This document shows, in pieces, positions 12,018 through 23,379 of a stretch of DNA of 64,000 nt. The notes beneath the pieces are model-generated. The model did no database searches and had not been told where the DNA came from. It saw nothing but the letters and a program-made list of their open reading frames with translations. Source of the DNA: Dicyema japonicum (Eukaryota; Animalia; Dicyemida); assembly GCA_011109175.1 (NCBI GenBank), contig RDEW01000010.1, forward strand, positions 1 to 64,000. Direction: 5' to 3'. Made by a program: the position numbers and the translations under genes. Numbering within the stretch: position 1 is the first letter of the stretch; each line of letters begins with the position of its first letter.

Positions 12018-12154
12018 ATCAAACAAACGTGCTAATATTAATTTAAAAAAAATAAAATTTATTTTCTAAAGTTTTAATGATCAAAATATGGCATTTTAGA
12101 TTTATAATAAATGTTTAATTACTCTATTCTCGTGGATCAATTTATTTACGGAGG

Positions 12155-12300
12155 ACCAGATTCAATGCTTCTCACTTATGCTGACGACCTAATCATCGCT
12201 AGCAGGAACAAATACGTGGGTATAGCAAAATCAGAGCTTCAGTCACATATTGACGACCTGGGAGCCAGGTTGAATTTGAATCGTCTCTCCATATCCATGG
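12155..12300 (+). mobile_element. Short LINE RT fragment
   Basis: LLTYADDLIIASRN, similar to the element at 38110-41340. Confidence 0.6.
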
Positions 12301-12399
12301 AGAGTGAAGCACTGGATTTTATAATTTATATACATATTTGCTATTAATTCTGCGAGTAATAAAAACAAAAAAATGGCACTTGGCTACAATCGAAGGATT

Positions 12400-13820
12400 T
12401 CTTGCCTCTAAATATGCAATTGCCGACAGGGAAAGCATGGATATTAAGACCCTCAAGGACACTCAGAGGAAATATATTAAATAAAATTTATTGCAGAACA
12501 CTACACTCCATTATGTTCAAATGTATTGATGAAACAAATGTCGACCTATATACTTCCTCAGAATGGTTATCCAAGGGAAATAACGGCCCACGGAGCGAAG
12601 CATTGTACTTTCTTTTGCAAGATAGGAATTTGTTTTTTGCACACACAGGGGGTCATTATGCAACCATTGTAAAAAAAGCAAGAAAAACTGTTGATCATTT
12701 GGCCACTCAGTGTGGAAAAATGCTAAAAAGTGATTATCTCCGAAGACATAATGAAGTGGTAAAGTGCATCTATCTTTATCTTTGTCGAATTTATGGAATC
12801 AAAAGAAGCAGGAAATTGAAAGGACATTCGGTTCAGTCAATATTGACGAATCAAAATGTCGAAATTATAGTTGACATGTCGATTATGACAGAAACAAAAG
12901 TACAATTTAATAAACCTGATATTTTTGTGTATGACAAAAAAAAGAAGGAAGTAACCTTAATTGAAGTGGGCATTACCTCACAAGACCGACTAAAGCAAGT
13001 TGAAGTTGAGAAACTTCACAAATATGACTTGATTGCAAATGAAATTCGCTGCTCTATGAATGCCAAGTGAAGATTATTCCAGTGGTTTTGACATGGGATG
13101 GAGTTGTCTCAAGATGCTTCAAGAATCATATGGATAAATAATCTATTGAAGACTACGCTCGTCTCGACGACCACTGGCTGTACATGGAAACGGTTTAGGA
13201 GGCTGCTGTATTTCTTTATTTTTGAGCTTTCATATAAACGGGCGGCCTCTCCCGCTTTCATTGCCGACCTCAAAAGTTTAGACGAGCGGAGTCTTTGGCC
13301 CTAAGACGGTCTCTTTCCTTAGAGCACTTGGGTGTCTATTGACCAAAGCCTCGAGGGAGCGTCGGGAAACCGAGTGGCTTTTCCAAAGGATATCCCTGGC
13401 AGTAGTCAGAGGTAACAACCAATCGATCATATCCGCTGGACTCAGTAATTAACTACTCATGTTTCCTAATAATAAATAATCTATTGAAGAATCAACGAGG
13501 ACTTGCATCCAATCGGTTGTGCTGAAGAGAACGTTCAAAAGTATGCTCATTGAACATAAGCATGGGATGAAGGTATACGATGAAGAGTACGCCTCTGCTA
13601 CCTCACAACTTGTGGAACTGGCATGCCGTGAGGACAGCCCACTGGACTCTAACGGAGATATTTTGACTGAATCTGATGTGGAGATGCGGAGTAACAGGGA
13701 GGTTATGGCACACTCTTATTCTAAGAGAAGAAGAGGAATTACCAACAATCTGGATCAAAATACGCTTAATTAGTTAATTTACTCGTTATTATTATAAAAT
13801 TTTATTTTGAAGCCTCGTGT
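12400..13820 (+). mobile_element. 3' part of an R4-like restriction-like-endonuclease non-LTR retrotransposon, interrupted at 13153-13471
   Basis: TVDHLATQC (CCHC remnant), YLRRHNEVV, NKPDIFVYD..LIEVGI..EKLHKY (RHN, PD..E and K..KY RLE motifs); the frame resumes after the insert (SIEESTRTCIQSVVLKRT). Confidence 0.85.
13153..13471 (+). mobile_element. 5'-truncated CRE-clade retrotransposon with internal inversion and 19-bp target-site duplication
   Basis: ATAAATAATCTATTGAAGA at 13134-13152 and 13472-13490; forward part encodes GVFGPKT...WLFQRISLAVVRGN; inverted part encodes AGEAARLYESSKIKKY...PVVVETS. Confidence 0.85.
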
Positions 13821-13859
13821 AATTTTTGCATTTTTGTGGTTATGGTTCGTAAGCTTAGT

Positions 13860-14780
13860 CTTGAGTTAGGAATTAAAATTGTTAAGGAAATAATTGAAAA
13901 CGAACACCTTACTGAACGAGATATTGTAAATAAATACAAAATTAGTTAAGGTTGTTAAGTAATTTCAGTTTTTAGGTGCTGTATAACGTATAAAAAATTA
14001 TCTCAATTTTTTAATATTGGAACTTGAATGCATTATTAGTGGAAAAATTGAATCCATTATTAGTGGGGAAATTTAAATGTCATACTGTATGAAAAACTTT
14101 AACCCTGAAGAACATGGAGTTTTCTATTCATCATCCAAAAATTCTTGGATGACATCCGAAATATTTATTACTTGGTTCACCATTACAAGTGAACAAATGA
14201 TTAAGCAAAAGAGAAAAATTGTTTCGTTACTTGATAACGCAAGCTGTCACAAATATATCCATCTTTCCAACATTGAATTGTTTTTTCTCCCAAAAGAATA
14301 GCAAACTCATTAATTCAACCGTTAGACATGGGTGTTATTAAATCCTCTAAGTCTAATTATCTTAACGCTTTAATGGATTTTACTCTTTTTTGAGGACGTT
14401 GAGTTACAAATATTTAATTTAAAAAAATAAATCTTCGTCATGTCATAATAATTGTTGGAAAAACATGGCAAAATTTAAATCCTGAAACAATAACGAATTG
14501 TTGGGAAACAATTAATAAAAATTTTTAGTTAATAAAAAAATTTGGACACCATAATTGCAGATGTAATTACTGAAAATAAGTCATGACCAAACTGAATGCA
14601 ACTGTTCACACTTGTACACAATGACAGCAATGGATAACTTTAAAGGAGAATATTCACCGTTTGTTTCCCGGTGAGTTAAAAGACAATCACAGTTTCAAAA
14701 AAATATTGGGCATACATATGAAGAAATCTAAAACAGGAAACAAAATAACACATTATTTTCGTGTAATAGAATAAAAAAAA
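13860..14780 (+). mobile_element. Degenerate pogo/Tigger DNA transposon
   Basis: SSKNSWMTSEIF, LLDNASCH, LFFLPK, IQPLDMGVIK and ETITNCW (DDE_1 family motifs). Confidence 0.8.
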
Positions 14781-14887
14781 TTTGTTTAAAAAAATTAGTT
14801 ATCGATAAAAATTAATGAAAACCATGCTTAATTGTTCATAAAAATACTTTACTTATTAATAAAATTAATTAAAAATATGTTAAAACT

Positions 14888-15205
14888 AATAATAATAACA
14901 GCCTTCTCACGAGAGCCATAATATTTATAGCTCCGCATAGGCAGGACACACACTTTAAGTAAAGAACAGTTAATTTTAACTAATCGTAGAACCAAAGAAG
15001 GATTTTCACTTTTTTTCTTTGTTTTGTGTGCGGGTTTTTTCTAGACAATCCAGTTCCGCAGTGAGTATCTACTGCTGACGGCGTCACTCGTCAAACCCTT
15101 TTAGCATTGTAGATGCGTGGAACCTTTTACCAGGTGAACAGCAGCAAAATCGAACCCGTAACCTAAGTCACTTTAGCCCGACACCTAATCACTATGCCAC
15201 ATGTT
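14888..15205 (-). mobile_element. tRNA-derived SINE with RTE-like 3' end
   Basis: Minus strand shows A box TGGCATAGTGA (15189-15199) and B box GGTTCGATTT (15147-15156); the body is shared with 56968-57222; the 3' GCTATAAATATTATGGCTCTCGTG matches the RTE end at 15840-15890; (TTA)n tail. Confidence 0.8.
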
Positions 15206-15329
15206 AAAACTGTTAAAGTTTTTATACAAATGAAGAAAACGTCGGACTTCCATTTTGGGGGAAACCTGTTTTTGGGGCAATTTTTCAAAATAGATTCCCC
15301 AAATGGAGGTTATACTGTATCATACAGAG

Positions 15330-15897
15330 AAAAACCATGGCAAACGCGGCACAGGCTGAAAAATCTATGGCTAAAACAAAGGATAATGTTATACGACACC
15401 TTCTTCAAACCAATCCTCCTATACAACTCTGGACTTGGGGCACCTCAAAATAGGAATTGGAGAGGCTAGACTCGTTTCACAGGAATCATCTAAGAAACAT
15501 AACTAGAATGTCATGGCCATCCAAGATCTCGAGGAAAAGACTGTACAATAAGTGTGACTGAACCAAAAAGTCTCGAGATCGTAAGCTCTCGTTGGAGATT
15601 CTTTGGACACGTCCTGAGGTTGGACCCGATATCCCCCCGAATATCGCCATGGAAAATTACTAGTCCTCCCATGTAAAACGCTTTCATGGAAGACCAAGAA
15701 CAACCCTCCCAGTCATTTTACAAGTCGACCTAAAAGGCGTAAAGAAAACATTGAAATCCGGTGACGACATGGACACACTGAGGGATCTGGCTAAGAACAA
15801 AAAAGCCTGGAGCAGGCTAACTCTTTCTCTTATATTTTTGGCTGCACATGCTGGGCTATAAATATCATGGCTCTCGTAAAAGTGCTAATAATAATGA
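15330..15897 (+). mobile_element. 5'-truncated RTE LINE
   Basis: LYDTFFKPILLYNSG, RLDSFHR, FFGHVLR and GRPRTTLP remnants; ends GCTCTCGTAAAAGTGCTAATAATAAT. Confidence 0.85.
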
Positions 15898-15952
15898 AAT
15901 TTTCTTTAATAAACCCCAAAAATTGGGAAAATTAGTAACGAAATATTGATAT

Positions 15953-16110
15953 ACAGTAAACCCTGATTAATCCGAAAACTTCAATTATCCGAATTTTTTT
16001 TCTGAGTAAGCAAAATTTACTAAATTTCAATACAAAGAGGCTTCAATAAACCAAAACTTCATAATCCGCAATCCGAAAGACATTTATTAAAAATTTCGGA
16101 TTAATTTATT
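15953..16110. mobile_element. pogo/Tigger-type terminal fragment
   Basis: TA|CAGTAAACCCTGATTAATCCG terminus with repeated ATCCG subterminal motifs; partner end not found. Confidence 0.5.
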
Positions 16111-16144
16111 TTGATTTTTTTATAAATGTAAGTTTATTTACATT

Positions 16145-16285
16145 ATAACGCTTCCTGAACTCCTACAGAGCACTAAGAGACGGTGAAGACCTCAGCAGTT
16201 TGCGAAGTGTGGCATCGAATAGGAGAGGGTGGGAGAGACTAGTGTCGACAATCATACGAACGCGGTACGAATGGAATTATAGCAA
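16145..16285 (+). mobile_element. Short RTE 3' fragment
   Basis: LRDGEDLSSLRSVASNRRGWERLV, homologous to the RTE C-terminus. Confidence 0.7.
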
Positions 16286-17869
16286 ACATGATTCTATGTT
16301 GTTGCTTATAATAATTTATGGATTTTTGTAATTTATTGGGTCACCTGCTGGTTATATTAGAATTGCCATTTGTGGATGATTCAGAGAATTACCTCGACAG
16401 AGAAACGAAAAAGTCTGATTAACATTGAAGCATGTGGATTTGTCCAGCACTAGGATGGCCGATCTCCTACAAAGTAGGGAGCTCTGGGCTTCTAGCTAAC
16501 TGCTGGTTTTCTTCAAAGACTTGTTCTCGACATATACTAGGACGTTTTGTAATATTTCGATCATTATCACAACTCAATCATTATCATCAACAATCAACCA
16601 ATTATGTATTATTATTAGCATGTTCGAATAATAGTTAATTAAGATCCCTCTTGTGCTGTACCACCACGACCAATTAATTTATTCCATGCTTCTCTGTTTC
16701 GCGTCATTTTCCAAGATTATCAATGTCTTCTAGGAAAATGAATTTTCTATGGATCGAAGGCTCTCAAAGGTCTATTATACCCAGAATATAACTTATAAGG
16801 GTACGAACTATATTTCCCCAAACCGCCTCTACGGTAAAACTATGTTGTGAGACAAATATTGGTCGGCCTGAGCCTGACTCTATTAAGAATAACGATTGAC
16901 TGTTTTTCGTAGGGTATTAAGTAAGGCAACCAATTGCAATAACTTGCAATTAAATATAATTTAATAAAAGTGGAAAATCGCTTCGCTTCCTAAAGAAACT
17001 TGTCCGCTTAGCTACACTAAAAAGCCACGACGCACGTGAGACCCGGTGGCTACTCCAGTTGATCTCTGTTGCAATCGTGAGAGGCAACGCACGTTGATAA
17101 TGTCGGCGGGGTCCACTTTGGATGGATGGCAGTTTTAAATATGCTTTACTGGGATAAATTAACTGATTATTTTATTTATTTAACACAATATAAAATTCAA
17201 ATTAAAATTTAATAAAAGTTAGATAAATAATAAAGTAGTGAATAATAATTAATTTTAGTTCTATTTTTTCAATTTAAATTGCAATTTTTTTCAATTTTAG
17301 TCAATGCTTGAAACTTTTTGCAATTATTTTTCAAATAAAATTAAAAAAAATAATTTAAGAATTTTGAAGCCTCGTGAGAGGCAACGCAACAATTTTTTAT
17401 TCTGAAAATTGCAATTTTCTGGTTGCCCCAGTAATAAGAATTAAGCTATTCGGAAAGCATTTGACAGATTTTTGTGCTGAAAGTAGTAGTCTTTCGCCAA
17501 ACAAATAGGGATTGTACTTCGTTGCTAACATATTGTGGAATTTTTATATAAATTCAATTAGATGTACTTCAATAATTCTGTTGGTATTCCATCAGGGACA
17601 TGAGTATTAAGATTTGATATTGTTCCCTCATTGTTATCGGATTTTATTGGTCTTCTGGACTACCTTTATTCGGAAAGTATATTTAGTAATCCCGTCAAAT
17701 GTTCACCCTTGTCCCTTTGTCGAGGATCAAAATATCATTAAATGCTTTGCTTCCATTCAGTATCGTGAAGACATATAATTTATGTCGCCAATAATAAATG
17801 TTTTTAATTAAAAGCATTGAAAGTAATATCGATTTAGAATGACTGTGAAGAAATCCAAGTGAATGACTC

Positions 17870-18055
17870 ATTATTATTATCTAATCCCGAAAAGGGGAAC
17901 ACCGAGAAAGATGTTAAACCATTTAATTAAGTGATCCCAATAAACCTCAACAGGATCGAAAGGTTTTGCTGTGCTTCTCCATAGTACCCACAGCTTTCAT
18001 GAATTCACGACGTTTCTCATTCATGAGAATTCGGAGAGTTGTGGGGTTTTTCCTG
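17870..18055 (-). repeat. Probable LINE 3'-end fragment (same family as 8130-8320)
   Basis: Reverse-complement similarity to 8130-8320, including the TAA tail. Confidence 0.7.
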
Positions 18056-18581
18056 AATTTACTCGTTTCGTCGGCTTCTCCGGCTGATTGATGGAAAGGA
18101 TCGGATTGGGAGCCCCATTAGTAGAAAACATTTTAATCAGTTAAATATATTATCAGATTTAGAAATTACAATTTTATAGTAAAATTAATCAATAATGAAA
18201 ATATTTTCGTTTAATAGGGAAGTGCTGGAATAATTAATTGGAATATCGATTTTCTAAAAAAAGTAATCAATTTTGAATGACAATTTTGTAAGAAATATCA
18301 AACTGGGTCAACGACGTGTTTATTACCTTTAATTAATAAAAATGATAAATTATTAGTCTATGGATTTCTCACAAGTTAGAGTCTATAATCCAAAAATAAA
18401 CATAAGATTGTGAAATGTACAATTATTGATTGTCTTCCAATTTATAAGTCTAAATAGCACGTCTGTTTGGGTAAATACATAGTTAAGTATTGATAAGAAT
18501 CAATTCTCGTTAAGTATTACTCGTTATTCGCAATTCATCACATTTATTGGTATTTACGCTTTTTAGACTGCACTTTTTGAG

Positions 18582-21167
18582 ATGATTGCCATTTTATTAT
18601 GCTTCAGTTGTTTTTCTTCTCTTCACTACAGAGTCAAGGAAGGACTTTCAATTGGAACTTTTATTGGTCGAATTCCTAATTTGGTACATTCGGACTCTTT
18701 TACTTACTCTTTATTGGATAAATTCTCGACTTTGCCTTTTGTGGTTGATATAAACAGTGGGGAAATTATGACTGCTTCCAAAATCAACTACAACAAACTC
18801 TGTGGTTTTCATCAACGTCAGTGTACACTCAAATCCTTTGTTTTAATAAAATCAAATAACACATCAAACATTGTCACCGTGGAATTTATAATTGAATCCA
18901 TCAACTTACATGTTCCTGGATTTGGAAATGACAAATTAGATCTGCAAGTCTCTAAATGTTCCCTTCCAGGAACCAGGTTTGAGTTACCTTTGGCCGTGGA
19001 TTTGGATGTGAGCCTCAAAAACCGCATAATTGAGTACAAATTCATCAGTAGTGAAAAACTCTTTCCTTTCGAACTTGAGAAAATAAAAACTAGACGACAG
19101 ATATCACGAATTTATTTGAAGCTAAAAATACCTTTAAAAACCACTAGAGGCTTTTCTGGAAATTTATTCGCATATAATATAGATACCCCACACAAAAAAA
19201 GCTCCATGAGAATAGAAATCCAAATTTTTGACTGCGAAAGTCGCAGACCAATTTTCGAAGAGGCCGAAAAAACCGTAAATATTTTTGAAAACCGGACTGT
19301 TGGGTCTCAAATTGCCAAATTCACGGCAGAATACATGCATGAATTCAGTCACGTGTCTATTCGTTATAAGGAAAACTTTTTAAAAAATGACTATTTCTCA
19401 AAGGAGCATTTCGGAATCGACGAAACCAGAGGGACGATCTTTCTCAAGAGATCAGTAGATTATGAGTCGATGCAATTCTTTACGTTTTTCTTGATTGCCT
19501 ACAGAGTTGATGACGAAATGCTTTATTCTGAGGCAGTGCTGTATGTTTTTATCAAAAACTGTAACGATAACAGTCCTATGATTGTGATTCATGAAAGGAA
19601 TGGAAAAGATGTTTTATCGTGCAGTGAAAACGCAGAAATTGGGACTATTATTGCCAGAGTGACAGTTTCAGACGTGGATGAAGAAGACAGACCAAATCTC
19701 AGTTGCGAATATGGAGGACCAGATACTCTTGCATTAATGGTAATTGAAGATCGAGAAAATGAATATTATTTAAAAACAATAAAAAGGTTAGATTACGAGA
19801 CAAATAAAATATTATTTTTCACAATTTCATGCTCCGACAATAATCTTGGAGGACCTCGATGGAGCAACAAAAATTTGTCCCTTTATGTTATCGATGAGAA
19901 TGACAATCCCCAAAATTTGAAAAGGACATTTATTATGCAGAAATATATGAAAATTCTGTTCCAAACACCTTCCTCTTATCAGTAAAGGCAACAGACGTGG
20001 ATTCGGGGGCAAATGGAAGAATCACCTACAAAGTAAACAGTAAAGTCTTTAATGTTACTGAAACTGGGGAAATTTATTCAGTTATTCCGTTGGATTACGA
20101 ACAACAACACGAAATTGAATTCACTATTTTTGCGATTGATTTGGGATTTGAACCACTTTTTGATTCGGCTTTGGTTAAAGTCAAAATTTTGGACATTAAT
20201 GATAACCCCCCAATCATTCCCTTTGAAGAAAGTCACTTTTATGTAATGGAGAATCTACAAGCTGGGACTTTTGTAGGAAACGTTGCTGCTTTTGACGTCG
20301 ATTCCTGCAATTCCCTGCAGTACCAGATCAGTCCGACAACCATCCCCTTTGAAATAGAACCATTAACTGGATTCATCTATTCCACAAAAGTCCTTGATTC
20401 GGAAAGAAAGTCAAGGTATGAATTCAAGATCATTGTTTCTGATTGTGGGGAAACTATTCTCTCTACGGAGACTCGTGTGGTTATTCACGTAAAAGACGTC
20501 GACGATAACCCCACAGAACTGAGAATATACAACTTTCAAGATGACATAATCAATGACTTTATCATTGCAAGGATTTGTCGGAAGGAAACAAAAATTGGAA
20601 GAGCCGAGATAGAAGACGCCGATAAAACTCAACGAATCGATCCACATTTCAATTTAAAGTCAGAAAATCCAGCTTTCAAAATAAACAAATCATCAGGAAT
20701 CATTTACATCTGTGATTTTAAATTGGCTGAGAATAATTCAGTAAGTCAGCTGACTATTATCGCAAGGAATGCAAATGAAATATATAAAAAACTGTTTAAG
20801 AGTTTTAATTATTGTGGATCAGACTTGTTTACAAGATCATGAAACAATAAAGGCCTTTCCACCTATTTTTGCAGTCATCGGAGTCATACTGTTTGGAATT
20901 GTAATTTTTGGAGTAGTTGTCTTAAATAAGCGAAAATACAAGTTAAAATTTACAAAGAGTGTTCAACCAAAAAATTATCAAGTGGCGTCTGAATTTGAAT
21001 CTTTTTATTGGTCCGACCAATTGCCAAAGAACAAACAGCCGAAAATGGATAGTAACTATTCCTTAGTGGACAACATTAAACTGAGGGAGGAATGTAAAAT
21101 ATGTGATAATATACGTCTACATTCAAATTGTGTATTTATTAACTGTCATTGTTCACACAATAAATGA
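18582..21167 (+). CDS. Protocadherin-like protein (signal peptide, about 6-7 EC repeats, TM, short cytoplasmic tail); apparently intronless, with two 1-nt frameshifts
   Basis: EC1 Cys pair KLCGFHQRQC; VDYE/LDYE, NCNDNSP, DENDNP, DINDNPP and DVDDNP motifs; TM IFAVIGVILFGIVIFGVVVL-NKRK. ORFs 18582, 19997 and 20769 join by adding one C near 19910 and removing one base near 20790. Confidence 0.88.
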
Positions 21168-21369
21168 TTAGTATTCTATTTGTATAAAAGGTTATCTCGT
21201 TATGGATTGACTAATCTCATGTGAAAATTACCATCTGACACGATAATTGTGAATAATTATTTAATAATTATCACTAAATACAAGAACTGAAACAACAATA
21301 TTTGACATTAACAATCAATTGTGTGCCTATAAAATAGTTGTCATTTATACTAAATACTCACTTTATCTG

Positions 21370-22210
21370 TGTGTTGAGTTTGGAAAAACTGGTCCTTTTC
21401 AAAATCCGTCCTTTCGTAAATCTTTTCTACACGGATTCCGCGAAGGACACTCAACAACAACCCATTTAACAAAACAAGTCCAATTAATTTCGGACGGCTT
21501 GGATACTTCAAATCCACACTAGAGAACTGTTAAGGTGGATATAGAGAAGAATTTTGACTCAGTATCCCGGAAGATCATTTTTACGTCGATCCACCCTAAT
21601 TTCATCAACGGTCGAATGGACCAAGTGGTGGCAATATTTTCCAAATGGAGTGCCACAAGGTTCACCGTTGTCACCAACGCTATTCAATATATTCCTTAAT
21701 GACCTCCCATCCCCAACCACCAAAAATTCAATTTTTTACGGAGATGATCTCGAGATTACAGTGAAACATCCAAGAGTCGAGAAGGGAACACTGTCAGTGC
21801 AAGAGACATTTAACTTTGTGGTTCTTTGGTTTTTAAATTATGACCAGAAAAGTCACATGTAACCTCATCACAAAAAGAAATACACACAACGCCAGTAATA
21901 ATTAAATATATGATTCTCTGATCTCCATTAAGAAGATCCTTTCAATCTTTGCAGTCATTCTGGATCCTCTCATTTCATTCACTCATCAAGTGGACCTGGT
22001 AATCGCGAGGATCCAAAAGAAAATTGGAACTCTTAAGGCTTTTACGCACTTCCCAGTATTTTCCCGCCCATTCTTAGAGATTCTATACAAACAATTTGTT
22101 CTACCTAGTATCGATTACCCATTTGCTGCATGAATTGCCCCGCTATCACAGAGAAAACTGGAAGTGTTACAAAACCGATGTCTCAAAATATTATTGAGAT
22201 CCCACACAGT
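21370..22210 (+). mobile_element. Degenerate LINE RT fragment
   Basis: HGFREGHSTTT, NGVPQGSPLSPTLFNIFLND, YGDDL, LYKQFV, LQNRCLK. Confidence 0.8.
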
Positions 22211-23379
22211 AACTACAGAGAAAACTAAATGTTTCCGGGTATTTAAAAATTTATTAAAACAGCAAACTTCTATGTTGTTCATCTGCCTCCTGAGAGTTTA
22301 TTCAGTTGATGCTAAACCATCCAGAAAAGCCTTTGAAAATGAGCAAATTTTATAGAGTTTTGTTAAAGAAAGATTGGGAAAGTGACGCTATTAATCGGAA
22401 ACCCAATACTATATGCGCATTCGAAGACATTAGGCAAACCATAGATTAAAACTTCGAGACTGCGATTTTTATGAGATTATCTAAATCAGCAGCGTTTTCA
22501 AAATTATATTTTGGTAAGATAATCGTGATTTTCCTTTATATGCATCATGTTAATGAATTTACTTCCATGAGACCAATTTGATGAGTCCACTGTTAACTTT
22601 CCCAATAACAACGAGATTAGTTCGTAGTCGTGATTTTTTGGTAGTGCATGATGATAGTTTAATTTACATAACTACAAAAAATAGTAGGAATCACTAATTA
22701 GGTGATTTCGGTTCCCATTATCGCCCATGATATTTATTTTTACATTTATCGAAAAATTTCACCGCTTGTGTCAACATAGAAAGTCGATGGGGGACGGATG
22801 TCTAAGGAAGGACTGTTCATTTAAAGGTCTAAATATGACCAGACATAGTGGATACTCTGGCTCTTGTAATTTAAATGTCTTCCAGAGATAACATCTTGCG
22901 GCAGATTTCGTTAGTCATCGTAAATTTATTTGTAGAGCTGAGTTCTGTATTAAAATACTTTGTGCAGGAAGAGCTACGGTTAGTTTCTTTCTTTTACAAC
23001 GTCTCTGATGTGGTTCTGAGTATTCTGTTTCCCTTTTCAATCTTCGCAAGAATAAATGTTTCCTTAATGAGAGTTTTGTAATGACCACATTATGAGCACT
23101 ATCATCCACCATATGAATGAGGGGTAATTACAATAGTTTTGTCTTTATACCGGCAAATTATGAATTCATTTTGATTTTATATTTTGGTAACTCTTCCTGT
23201 GACATAGTTTTGTAGGCATTCGATATACATTTTGTATTTCTCTAGATATTTTCTTTCCAGAGTTTGGATAACATCGGACGTGAAGAACTAACTTCTTGGG
23301 TTATAAGACATTTTTTATCAAGAGTCAGTGACGGCAACGTTAGCGTGATGATGTCTTAATAATTCTTAATGAGCTAATT

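Noticed and set aside
15135-15205. Functional tRNA gene
   Set aside because: A/B boxes are present, but there is no convincing cloverleaf and it is fused to a repeated body and tail, so it is treated as a SINE head.
18540-18585. Spliced-leader trans-splice acceptors just upstream of start codons (also before SAMD8, MCTS1, hnRNP L and coronin)
   Set aside because: TTAG is frequent in AT-rich DNA, and at least the hnRNP L case has a matching GT donor (52081-52108). It cannot be supported without 5'-end transcript data.
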